Part shown: piece after piece, positions 38,641 to 50,785 of the stretch
How positions within the stretch are numbered: position 1 is the stretch's first letter
Layout of the letters: each line of letters starts with the position of its first letter
Assembly (NCBI GenBank): GCA_043228905.1
Contig: JBHGNT010000005.1
Location: forward strand, 21,204,001-21,268,000
Source of the DNA: Azolla caroliniana
Lineage: Eukaryota > Plantae > Polypodiophyta
Length of the DNA stretch: 64,000 nucleotides
Direction of reading: 5' to 3'
Translations under genes and position numbers: made by a program
Notes under the pieces: generated by a model
Database searches by the model: none
Seen by the model: the letters and a program-made list of their open reading frames with translations, nothing else
What the model was told of the DNA's origin: nothing

Positions 38641-40756
38641 ATGAGGGGGTCGGATCTTGCAGAGGCCATGGCTTCGGCCGTGGACCGGATAGTGAGCGCG
38701 CGCGAGGGCACCAGCGCCCTTGACAAGGCTATTGAGGCGATTGTCGGTATGATCGGCCAGTTCAATGGAAAGGATGCCACGAGTTATTTGGCGTCCTACC
38801 GGGCGGAGATGTTGATGAGGGATATTCCGGAAGAGAGGCGTCTTGCCGGATTCCCTCGAGTGGCGATGCCGGGCATCCATGCGGAGGTGCTCGAGGTCGG
38901 GGCGGAGAGCCGGACCTAGGAGGAGTTCGAAGGACGGCTCCTAGAGAAATACAGGCTGGATGACATGCTTCGACTTTCGAAGCGGGGCTTCATGGAGGGG
39001 GTGGAGTCCCCCGACAAAGGAAGAAATGCGTCGGCACTCCTCCGGGAGTTTGAGGATCGCTTTGCGCGCCTTTCGGCGCTCGATCGAACCGTTCTGGACA
39101 CAAGTCGTGTCCTACTGTTTGTCAAATCGGTTGACGCACGAGATCGGGAGCAAGTGGGCTCCTTACTGGAAACCGAACGGCCGACTGGGCCGCGGTAAAA
39201 AGAGTCTACGGCCGTTTTGACAAACGGTGGGAGTGGGCTGATACAGGGGCGACCGGGGCGGGTCCTGTCGCAGTAAGGAAGCTTGAACCGATACCGCAAG
39301 CGCGACGGGAAGAGACCCGGGATTGGCTCGAAACCGGTACGGCTTCGACCGACGTGGTTAGAGGCTCTCCGGGGGGACAGCTTTGGAGGAGTTGACACGG
39401 GCGGTAAAGGATCTCCAGATCGCCCAAGCTCGGAGGGAAGGTGGCGAATAGGCTCGTGACCGACGGCCTCCGGCAGGAAATAGGTGTATGTGGTGCGACG
39501 AGGTCGGCCACATCCGGAAAGACTGCGGAGACTTTGTGGAGGCTTTGAGAAGCTGGGTAGTGTACCTGTGGGAAGGTCGGGTGCACGCCAGCGATACCTG
39601 GAGGGCCCTGAACCGAAACAACAGGCGAGGAGGAATGAAAAGGCTGATGGAAGAGGCGACAGCCCGGCACGCGGAGACCGTCCACTACTCGGCGTCGGCC
39701 GGTATTCGCGTCGGTGGCAGCGAGGCCCGGAAGGAGAGCAAAGCCGGGTTCTGGCCGACGGTGCTAGAAGGCCTCGCCAGTGCCCGACTAAAGAAGGACG
39801 AGGCGGACCACGCAGAGAAACGGGTCCAGGAGGTAACCGGGTGGAGTGACCCGGTCGAAGAAAAGACGGGTTTCGTCGAAGCAGCTTGCCAGAACTACGA
39901 GGCTCTGGTTGAAGACAAACGGGTAGGTAAAACCGGAGGGGCCGGACCCTCACAGAGATACGAAACCCGATTCAGGCCGAAACAGAACGAGGCCGGTGAG
40001 ACCAATGCTCGGGATAACCACAAGAAGGGCGGATACCGGTTGGGCACGGAGATCGAAAGGACCACGGACCTACGAAAGGTCCTGGAAGAACGAATCCTCG
40101 ACAGCAAGGTGGAACTGTCGTTGCGGGAGGTGCTCGGAATCGCCAAGAAGGAGTTCCACGACTCCATCGTAGACTTGGTGAAGAGGAAGAGGTTATCGAC
40201 GGAGACAGAACCGGAAAGGCCGGTGGAGGTGCGGACGACACACATGGAGGACATGGTGCTGGAAGACGAGTGGGCGGAGAGCCACTACTCGAGGCCACAC
40301 TGGGCCCGAGCGACCACGGAAACCCCGGTGAAGATCGGAGATGTTCAGGAACCGGTGGTGGTGCTGGTGGACCACGGTTCGGAAATAAACCTAATGTCCA
40401 TGGACTTCTACAAGAAGGGGAAATGGCCGATCAACACCAAGCACGGGTGGAAGATACGGGCGGCGACGCGCACCACCGAGAAACTATACGGGGCTTGCCC
40501 AAACGTGCGAGTCAAGATCAGTGACGTCGAGATAGATCAGCACTTCTTTGTGCAAGAGACGTCCTCACACCCGGTCATACTGGGAGAACCGTACATTACG
40601 GCAGCGCGGATGGAGACCAAGGTGCTAGACAACGGGTCAGCTTACGCGAGGGTCAAGAGTCAGGACGGGCGTCATTCGGTCCAATTCCTGACGGTGCGAC
40701 CGAACCACGAGCGAAACCGCGAGTCCCTCGGTGGCGAGAACCGAGAGGATTTTTAG
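38641..40756 (+). pseudogene. gag: Family B gag-protease (zinc knuckle CMWCDEVGH; protease LVDHGSEINLM), disrupted
   Basis: ORFs 38614-38919, 38965-39198 and 39488-40756. Confidence 0.88.
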
Positions 40757-40790
40757 AGAGGGCTGTCAAGGCATGGGGCCGCGACAGTCC
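40747..40790 (+). promoter_or_regulatory. Putative -1 programmed ribosomal frameshift signal
   Basis: GGATTTT just before the gag-PR stop, then an 8-bp stem (gggctgtc/gacagtcc) 6 nt downstream; the -1 frame is the pol frame. Confidence 0.72.
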
Positions 40791-43700
40791 GGACACTTCA
40801 GGAAAACCCCACAAATGTACGATAGAGGCGAAACCGAAGAAACCTTGTACGATAAGTAGGAAGTTTTGTTTCTCCGACAACGGAGCGTGTACGATAGTCG
40901 GCGTCGTTGGCCGAGAAAAGACAAGGGCGGAAGAGCGACTTCGGGCGTGCGGAGTTCTCGGGCCCAGCGAGGAAATCAACGGAGCCGTGGAGGTGGTCTC
41001 CTTCGACGATACCTTGGGAATACTGTGAGAGGTGGTCGGAGAAGGCCTTAAAGAGGACCGGACGATACCGGTTTGTTTAGAAGAGATGTACGAAGTCATC
41101 GCGGACTTCAGTCGGGGGCTCGAGTCGGATCGGACGGCCCGGGTTAACACGAAGTACAAGACTATGGACCGGAAGGTAAGGCCAGTCGCGGCACCCTTAC
41201 CGGAGGGCAGCGAGTTGCGAATCAAGGGGGTCGCGTCGGACCCCAGTTTACGAGATCCGGCCTGCATAGGACACACCTTCACCGACAAAACGCTACGGGA
41301 GCTCAAAATCGGTGGGGGCGGTTTCCTACTGCCGGCGGAAGAAGACCGGTTTCGGAGAATGCTCGGAAGGCACGGGAAAGCCTTCGCATTCTCACCGGAA
41401 GAGATCGGGTGCGTAGACCCGACAGTCGTGAAGCCGATGGTGATATTCACGGTACCGCATGTGCTGTGGAATCTCAAACCAATTCCGGTACTGAGAGCTC
41501 ACATCCCGGAGCTGATGGAGCTATTGAGACAGAAAGTCGATATGGGCATCCTCGAACCGTCGAGTGCCCCGTGCTCGAACCGGTGGTTTACCGAAGAAGA
41601 ACGGGACGTTGCGCTTCATTCAAGACCTGCAACCGGTCAACAGAGTGACCATTCGGAACGCAGGAATCGGACCAACGATAGACGAGTTCGCGGAGGCCTT
41701 CGCCGGAAGGTCGATCTACTCGGTCGGTGATCTGTACTCGGGGTACGATCAGTTCCAACTAGCCGTAGAGAGCAGAGACATTACGACGATGCGGACTCCT
41801 CTCGGCCTAGTGCGGATGTGTACCCTGCCACAAGGAGGGACGAACTCGGTGGCCCACATGGTGAATGCGATGAACAAGGTGCTAAGGGATTGTATCCCGG
41901 ACATCACCATGCCATTCTTGGACGACATCCCGATCAAGGGATGTCCGGTGGAGAAAAAGGACGAAACGATCGGACCGGACGGATGCCGGAAATTCGTGGC
42001 GACACACATTGGCGACTACGAGAAGGTGCTGCAGAGGCTAGAGGACGCGAGGCTCACATTCTCCGGAGAGAAATCGGCCTTCAGGCAATCGGAGATCATG
42101 GTCGTCGGACATCTATGCGGACCGTATGGCCGGAAACCGTCTCCGGCTAAGGTAGAAGCCATCTCCGCAATGAAGCCCGACTGTAACTCGGTCACGTAGG
42201 TACGGAGGTTCTTGGGAGCATGCGCTTTCTACCACATATGGATCCCGCATTACGCCCACGTTGCCGAGCCGCTATACGGGTTGCTGAAAAAGGGGCGAAA
42301 ATTCGAGTGGCGAGACGAGCATACGGAGTCGGTCCGAAAGATGAAGGAGGCTCTTGCTGCAGCTCCGGCACTCCGGAAGGCTGTCTACGAGAAAGGCACT
42401 CCCATCTACATAACGGTAGATACGAGTCCGACCGGGATCGGATGGGTCGTCAACCAAGAAGATGAGAACGGCATTCGGTTCCCAATCCGGTTCGGCGCGA
42501 AGGTCCTCAGCGAGCGACAACGAGGATACGCCCAGGTTAAACGCGAACTCTGGGGTATCGTTTCGGCGATAAAGGCCGATAAAGAGTATCTAATCGGGAC
42601 AGAGGTGATTATCGAGACGGACTGCCTACCGATTCTCGGCATGGTTTCCGGATGCGCAACCCCGGACCTGGCAATGCTCAGGTGGATAGCGTACATCGTC
42701 CCTGTGCCTGGAAATACAACACATTTCCGGGAAAGACAATGCCATGGCCGACATGCTTTCGAGGGCGCGATTCGACAACGAGGGCGGTATGGTTTCGGAG
42801 GACGAGGAAGTCGGCGTGGACTTCTTCGAGGCGGCTTACGTAACAATCGAGGGGGGGAGCACTCCTGCGCTTAACGATTTCAACAAGAGCAAGTACAACG
42901 GGGAGTGGCTGCAGATTGGGGGATTCTTATGGACCATGACGCCGGACGCATCATGGACAAAGAACGAGGCCAACCAGATCCGGAAGAAAGCGTACCGATT
43001 CTTTCTCCGAGATGGATACTTGTGGAAGCACCCGAAGAAGAGAAACGGCATCCCGCTCCGAGTAGTGGCGATGAAGGAGGAACAGGAGGAGTTGCTGAAG
43101 GCCTACCACGACAGCCCCTGGGCTGGACACCGTGGGACGTGGGCCACGTTCGAGAAACTAAAGGGGAAGTACTGGTGGCCGGGACTGTACCAGGACGTGC
43201 ATCGGTTCATGACAACTTGGGAGAGCTGTCAGATACACTCCATAGTCCGACATCGGGACGAGCTTCACCCTACATACCCTCCGGCCGTCCACTTCAAATG
43301 GATGGTAGATTAGGTGACGATGCCGATGGGCGTAGGGCAGATGCGATATCTGGTGCTGGCCCGGGAGGACCTGATGAACCAGGTGGAAGGCCGAGCCCTG
43401 CAGAACAAAAACACTGCGGCCGTGTGTCGGTTCCTGATCGAGGACGTGATATGCCGGTACGGGTGCGTCAGGAAGATCATGGCTGACCGCGGGGAGTTGG
43501 ACGCCGAAGAGGCCGAGGAGTTGTTCGACCGGTTAGGGGTCAAGCTCTCTCTCACCACAGCGTACAATCCGGAGGCGAACGGGAAGGTGGAGCGCGGACA
43601 CAGACCAATCGTCAAAGCGCTAGTCCGGGCATGTGGAGGCCAGTTCGGGAACTGGCCACGACTGTTACCTTATGCCTTGTGGGCGGACCGGACAACGCAC

Positions 43701-44327
43701 AGTTCGGTAACCAGGTTCATGCCGTCAGAGCTCATGTTTGGACAGAAGCCGATCATGCCGATGGAATGGACGATCTCCTCTTGGGCGACAGTGGACTGGA
43801 GAGACGAGATGAGCCGGGAAGAACTGCTAGCGGTGCGTATACGACAGCTCGAGCGGAGGCCAGAGGACGTGGAACGAGCGGCGGAGAGACTTCGGACGGC
43901 GAGGATGAAGAACAAAGCCCAGTTCGACCAAACGCACCGACTCCAACCAAAGAAAATCGAGGAAGGCGATTGGGTGCTAGTCTACAACAGCAGCCTCGAC
44001 AACCAGCACCGGGCAACACGGAAGTTTGCAAAGCGGTGGTTCGGGCCTTACGTGGTAACGAGCGCCAACGACAACGGGACGTATCACCTGACGGAACTCG
44101 ACGGTACGAGGATGGCGATATCGGTGGCAGGGAAGCGGATCAAAGTGTTCAAGAAGCGCCACGACGGCGAACCGGATCTAAGGGGCCTGGACAGCAACGA
44201 CGAACATTCCAAAACGGAGGACGAACCGATGGACGAAGAACCGGAACTCGGACCGGTTTTCTCCAACCAGAACCCAATTTTGGCGCATACCGGTGGATGC
44301 GCGGTTAGGTGGGGGCGGATGTCGTGA
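40750..44327 (+). pseudogene. pol: Family B pol (RT, RNase H, integrase; no chromodomain)
   Basis: ORFs 41032-41730, 41564-42199 (PFLDDIPIKG), 42212-42874, 42744-43313 and 43314-44327. Confidence 0.92.
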
Positions 44328-44968
44328 AGAAAACCGTCCCTTAGCGCAATCGGTGTATAGCGCGCGTGAACCGGCTCTTCACGCGTGCGCGCCCTTTAAT
44401 GTATATAATAGAGGATTAGGTACAAAGGCATATCCCAGGTAGTTAGATTCGGTAGGTAGGAAGTTAATGAGGGGAGCGGCTCCCTTCTTGAAGCTATAAA
44501 AGAGAGGGAGGCGCGGGCAGAAAGGGATCGCGCATTGAGGAGGACGAAGTGTTGTCGGACCGTAACCGAACGCTTCTCCTCTGTTCATTCTCCATCGCTC
44601 TTCTCTGCAGGATTTCGGGAGGCTCGCGCTGCTTCAAGGAACGCCCGTGTGCTTCCGGCAGCACCTCCATCCTTTCCCCTTTCGTGCGCAGACGAGCAGG
44701 CATCGGCATCTGTTCGCCGGCCTGTTCGGTTGTAACCGCCCGCGTGCTCTGTTGTTTTGTGTCTTTTGTTAATATACAAACATTCGTGTCTCTCTGTCTC
44801 TCTGTCCATTCATGTTTTCTGCGTTGACGGGCCATGTCCCTGTGTTTCTTTGCTCATACATAACCGGTCGTCTCTCTCTTTCTCTTTCCCCTCCTATCAC
44901 CTGCTCTTCGGTTCAAGACCCCGGTGGTCCCGCCTCGTTTCTCCACACACGCGCGTAGTAACGCGACA
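44320..44968 (+). repeat. Family B 3' LTR (649 bp)
   Basis: tgtcgtgaag...gtaacgcgaca; matches 27428-27778 plus 38299-38596. Confidence 0.92.
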
Positions 44969-45141
44969 ACGTGCTAGCACTAGGTACGACTCGACGCCAC
45001 ATCGGTGGTATGGGACACCAATCGAGGCTTGAGTATGTCTCGATCCCTTCGCTCAGGGGTGGTCGGGTGGATCATCACCCTTCTTTCTCTCTCTCCTTTC
45101 TTATTTCATACATCTTTTATCCTTATCATATGCTTACGTTA

Positions 45142-47688
45142 GACCATGATACTTCCCCATTAAATACACTATAATGTAATTGTTTATAAGGATCAGACCT
45201 ATGCAAAAACTCTTCACAATCTCCGAATCCTCAGGCAGTTCCATCTCTTTCCCTTTGGTCATTCTCTTCTCATACTTTGCACGTTCTAAGTGTGTGATAA
45301 AGGCAGTTGGAATACCATCATTATTGTCGTTGGTCTTTTTTGATTTCGATGGTTTCTGCAAGTGTCAATGTTGTTAGGAGAGATCATTAGCTTTCAATGT
45401 ATTAACATTCAAATGACACATACCCATTCTCTAAAAACAATAAAATATTCCTCCAATGCCTTGTAGGAAGAAGTTATCGGGCAGGCTTGCTCCACTTCTT
45501 CCCATGTCGGTAAACTCAATTTTTGCATCATCAACTCCTGAATCTTCATGTATACCTTGTGACTATACAATAAATATGAAATCAAAAATTAAAAATCAAT
45601 AATAATAGAAGAATATCCTGAAACATTATATACTATAAACCCTTACTTTTGCAATTCAGTAACCATCTCGTCCAAACTAAATTCCTTGGCAACAACTCGA
45701 GATAGCACCGATATTAATAGCCTGTCATCTTTAATAGCCTGTCATCTTTAATACCCTGTAATGACCTCCAAGGTAAAAGTTTCATGTCTTCTGCTAACTC
45801 CTCGATTACCAAGTCGCTTTTGCCCTTTGACTTCGATTTGATCTCAACTTGTGGATCAATCCTTCCCTTCTTTGACCTTTGCCCTTTGACCTCTTTCTAC
45901 TCCCACATGCTAAATATTTTTTCCTGGAGATCCCACACCTCTCCAATCCGAAAGGCTAGTTAAAACCAGGAATCATATTTTCGTAGCCCTTCTGATTTTG
46001 TGCTCTCATCCACTGAAATCCCCACTTCCAGTAAACACTAGCGACGCAAACCAGGCCACAACCTTGGGCCAAAATGATTTAATGCATCTAGGTACTCATG
46101 ATGAAAAAACCTTATCCTTTCAATGCATGACATCTTTTGCCTATAATCATTATCATTGTTATGGTCCCATGCTAGTAGCTTCGACTCCTTGTGAGTGAGT
46201 CCTGCATATACTTTACATTCGGCATACTTAAAGAAGGGGGTGAGAGGGTATTCTTTCACAAGCTGTCTACGAGCTTCGGCCAAATGCGATCCTCCAATTA
46301 CATAATATGTATAATCATCAGCAGAGCTATACTTGAAGTCTGCTACTGTTGGACATTGATCTTGATCAACCATTACTAAAAATGGCACGACAGTAGCATG
46401 AGGATTAATTTTCATTTTTCTCTTCAAGTTTTGCACATGGACAGCGTGCGACTCTCTAATTTCTAGGGGACGTCTTCCAGTCAAGGGATCAATTGGAGGC
46501 CTCTGGATTGAAGTAATTGGCAAATGAAACAGTTGCCCCTTATGCACAAGTTTTTTCTTAACAATATTTTCTCTTATATTATTTTGTTCAGACGTCAATA
46601 CGACGTCGACTTGGTGCTCTTCTTCTTCCTCCACAAATTCTAAAACCTCTTCAGCATCTTCGTCGGGTCGTGGTCATTTGTTGTATTTCTGATGAACTGG
46701 ATTTGTCTTTCTAGACTTTTTTGGTGGAGTTTGTGCTTCACTGCCCATCATTTGTCCTGTCACATACAACCGCAGTGCAACTAATAAGTTGTTCATCATT
46801 TGAATGTCTTTACGTAATGACTTGGGGTTGCAACATTCTGCTACTAGGTTTCCCTCGTCAAGATGCAATCGTCTAGAGCCAACAGAGCTCAAGACATCGA
46901 TTATAATACTCGAAGAATCACTATCTTCGTATTCTAGCTTGGTTACATCTCCATAGTTAAATGTTTTTCCAAGCTCCAATTTGCCTTTACCGTCTAACTT
47001 AGCTGTTATTAAGAGCAGCACCCCATCTTCCTCGACATAAGAGAGACACCATTCTAACTCTGGGTAATTCTTATATTTAAGTTCAGATGTTTTCTCTTCC
47101 TGGGCCCCACCCTTGCTATTTTTGGTCGTCGCAACAGAAGACTTAGATGCTCCATCCCCCGTTGAGTCAAATAGAGTTCTTCTAGAGACATCTTTGACAA
47201 AAGAGTCAAAATATCGCTTTGTTGGAGTGTGAATCTTTAGTTTAAACGAAGGAACTTTTTGACGAGAGTCACTAAACTGAAGACAACATCCTATTTAGGT
47301 TAATTACGAACAAGACCATATTATTTGAACAAAAACGATGGAGAAAGCAGTAAAATAAAGAACAATTAAATGCAAAACACTAAAAATAGTATCAAAATGA
47401 TGAGAAAACTGTGATGAGGGACATAAATTTTCTATCTGCAAAACCCTATTTTTTCAACCAAAATCCATTGCACTATATCGGATTTTGGTTGAATGCCTTG
47501 ATTATGACATGACTTCTCCTGAACCATCTAATGAAGTTTAAGTGCATTTTAATTTGATGGTGTGTTTCCTTAACAAAATATTTGGGGATTATTGCTTATT
47601 GTGAAAAGGAATCTTTAAGGCATCTTTTAGAATCTTAAAAAATGTAAAGAATATTGCTAACCTGGTGATCTTCTTTCCCTTGTTCATG
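45142..47688 (-). pseudogene. Spliced gene encoding a ParB/Sulfiredoxin-like domain protein; 3'-truncated and decayed
   Basis: ORF 46038-46634 has IRES...HVQNLKRKM...VPFLVMV...YYVIGGSHLAEARRQL, resembling the ParB-N GxxR box; reading continues through stops; GT-AG introns at about 45357-45424, 45564-45647 and 47277-47661. Confidence 0.62.
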
Positions 47689-47886
47689 ATGCCTGGTGGA
47701 GGTAGTGCTTCGGAGTGCTTGAAATTAACCTGTGCTCTGAGCTCGATGGATTCTTTGTCGCAATAATGAAAATGAAATTTGAAACTTCATTATATATAAA
47801 TGTTTTTTTTATCTAAAAATTAATTTTTAATTAATTTTTTTTGAAATTTCTCTTCCTAAAAAGTGTTATAGTGTAACCAATAACTC

Positions 47887-50489
47887 ATGTCTAGTTCTAA
47901 TAGTTATATAGTAAAGATTCAACGTTCCTTAATCTTTTCTATAGAGGAGTCTGATACTTCTATAGATAACATTAGTATTAGTAAACCACTTGTATTTAAA
48001 AGAATCCCTTGACAAGTTAGTGAAAAGAGATTTAATTGTTTATGTTCTGATCGTCAACTTCTTTACGACGTCAACAAAACATGTTGTGTGAATCTCTACC
48101 TTTGAACTTATGGAAAGTCGAGGTTACGTGAAACACGACAAAAATATTTGTCGCTTAATGGGGAAGAGCAGGACACATTTCTTCTTTCGCATATGCAACT
48201 TAAAATGGATCACAACGCAGGGTCTAATTCTACGTAGGGTTAACATTTCCTTGGACTATATACTAAGTGTTGTCGAGCCGCTTTTAAAATCGTTCATAGC
48301 ATTGGAAATATGCGGCTGCAACGAGTTCAAGAGTGTCTTCTGAAGGGATCGTGGATACCGTTGGATCGAAATGGTTCTGGATGTAAGGGTCAAATTGGGC
48401 AACACGCAATTAGGTGGATGGAAGTATATTTTTCAAAACAGTGCGACATTACTAGAATAACTTTACTAGAAGAATACCAATCATACAAGAAGACTACATT
48501 TGTCAAATAACTTTACTAGAAGGGAAGTTTACCAATCATACAAGGATGGCATGTCAGTAGATGATGCACCTTACATAAAGTATAGACATTTTAATCGATT
48601 GTGGAGGTTACAATTTAACAATGTGGTTATCCCATGAAAGGTACGAATGGGAGTTTGCTCAATATGTGCAAGTTTAAAAAGTATGGCCAAGGGTGGAAAA
48701 TCAAATGTAGAGATAAGGAATTACAAGAACCTATTAAAAGAACATCGTGAAAGTCAAGCATTGGAATGTTCTAAGGCTATGCATCACTGACAAAAAGCGC
48801 TTCAATCTCCCGAAAAGTATATGTGCATGATTATTGATGGCATGGATCAAAAGAAGACTTGTTTGCCACATTTCCAACGACTCCCAAAAGATATTGCAGA
48901 TGAGTGCCTCGTGCAAATGCATCTAGTAGGGTGTTTGACATATTGTCAAACAATAAGGCCACAAGTATTCTTAACTTATCCTAATATCCACAACGACCCT
49001 AATCTCACTGTCATCGTCATGCACAGAGTATTGCAATCATGGTCAGGCATAGTACTACTAGTTCTATACGTGCAACTAGACAACACAGCAAGAGAGAATA
49101 AAAACTCAACTATCTTCGGTTATCTAAGCATGCTAGTAGAGAGGGGCATATTTAAAAAGATAAAGGTCAACTTCTTATTAGTTGATCATACCCATGATCA
49201 CATAGATCAAATGTTTAGTAGGTTCTCAAAGAAACTAGCTCGTTGTAATGCTTTCACGCTTACCACGCTATCAAAATTGATAAGTGAAGCATATACACCA
49301 AAGCTTGAAGTACATCACTTGAATGAAGTGTACGACTTTAAACATTTCTGCATGGATAGTGATGGGACTAAATGTAGGGTGCTTGCACCTCTTAATAATA
49401 TAAGTTTCAACCATGTCTTCCTCATAAAACAAACCTCGGCCCACCTCAAGATGACGGTGTTGTTTGCAAAACAATACTCATCTAGTACACAATGGGAACC
49501 CCAAGAAGGTTGTAGGCTCCTACTTCATATCCCAAATGCACCACTACATGGTGCACATCAAATGCCATATGATGATCATAAAAATGTGGCACCCAATAGT
49601 TCTATTGATGAAAAAAGGGCATATTGGTTGCGATGTCTTGAAGAGAAACAATAGAATATTGATTGCACCAAGAAGTACGTGGGTGATGAGGATGTTGAAT
49701 GGTGGGAGATCTTCTTCACCCATCAACGCACCATTTTAGATAATTACATCGCCGGATTTTGGCCAATCCATAACCCATTCACATGGAATATTGGGGTGCC
49801 ATCAATGATATAGCCGACTCATCATCAACCGTCGAATAATATAGAGCTTCATAATTTAGTTTGACCATTGCAAAAGAGATATTTACGTGGGACCAAGAAA
49901 GTCACGTATTGTTGAGGCAAGATGGCAAGGTAATTTGCAAGAACTACAAGTTGGAATGTTGGTCGCAACATTAGCTGGGGGTGATAACTTGGGCCATCCA
50001 TTTTGGATTGCAAAAATTATTGAATTAGTGAAGGATGAAGAAGGCAATCAGACAAAGTCAATTGTGGTCCACTGGTATCAGACATCTTCACCTGATGCAT
50101 TTACGGGAAAGTATTCTTTAGAGATGGTTAAGGATGTCGGATGTTCAAGCAGAAAGAGAAGAAGAAAGAATATACCAAGCACAGCTACTCTCACACTAGA
50201 CCATGTTGACATACTAGTATACAACTTCTCATTGACAAAATTAGGCCATCTAAGACAAGCCACCATCAAGATAATAAAGGAGAAAATCCCAAATATGGTA
50301 TCAAACAATATACAGAGACTAACCAGAAGTAATTCTCATAACCACAAAGATGTTGGCTTGGAATTGGATGAAGATAATGCATTGATTGCCACTGATGATG
50401 AGGATGAGACGTTAGAATGCTCTTCCAGTCCATCAGACATGTCTAAAAATGTTGACTTGGTTCAAGCTCGGGATCATTTTACTACATGA
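47887..50489 (+). pseudogene. Sola1-like DDE transposase pseudogene with C-terminal Tudor/SH3-like domain
   Basis: CSICASLK, IIDGMDQKKTCLP, YVQLDNTARENKN, LLV(D)HTHDHIDQMFS motifs in and before ORF 48821-49654; 49887-50489 has VGMLVA...PFWIAKI...VHWY. Confidence 0.75.
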
Positions 50490-50785
50490 TCTGAAACTTT
50501 GTAAATTACTTTCAGATGTTAAATCACGAATATGTATAATTATAGCTAGTAGTCATGTTGTACATTCTTTTGTAATTTTGGCGATGTATATTGTTAGGCA
50601 TTTTACTTATGTCTAAAAGTGGTAGTCATGTTGAAATTCAATATCTTTTGCCACATTTTTTGAAAAGCTTTACGCATGCATCACGTCTTTTTGTAAACTT
50701 TGTGGTTTTGTGCCCTTTTCCGACGTAGTGTTCTTAAAATGCAACATATTACCTGTTTCAAATAACCCGGTGTTCATCACTCTAA

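Larger units (their letters stand above)
27428..44968 (+). mobile_element. Full-length non-chromovirus Ty3/gypsy, family B (GC-rich; possibly Phygy/Selgy-like lineage)
   Basis: 5' LTR 27428-38596 (split by C copy 2), PBS-Trp 38601-38616, gag-PR-RT-RH-INT, PPT, 3' LTR 44320-44968, TSD GCGT/ACGT. Confidence 0.9.
27165..45141 (+). repeat. Family C LTR remnant (+), split into 27165-27427 and 44973-45141 by the family B insertion; both ends truncated
   Basis: Both halves match the reverse complement of the family C LTR and are contiguous across the B element TSD. Confidence 0.8.
45142..50785. mobile_element. Sola1-like DDE DNA transposon with two divergent genes; left end lost
   Basis: Transposase (+) and ParB-like gene (-) lie head to head; the right boundary abuts copia sequence at about 50786, whose frame resumes at 27168. 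Confidence 0.6.

Noticed and set aside
38916-39953. 345-aa minus-strand ORF (also 35429-36337, 6763-7566, 40653-41477, 17305-17928)
   Set aside because: Antisense shadows of GC-rich or repetitive retroelement coding sequence, with no independent motifs.
45142-45360. DNA methyltransferase domain after the ParB-like region
   Set aside because: No DPPY/FxGxG motif is visible before the LTR truncation; kept only as a hypothesis.
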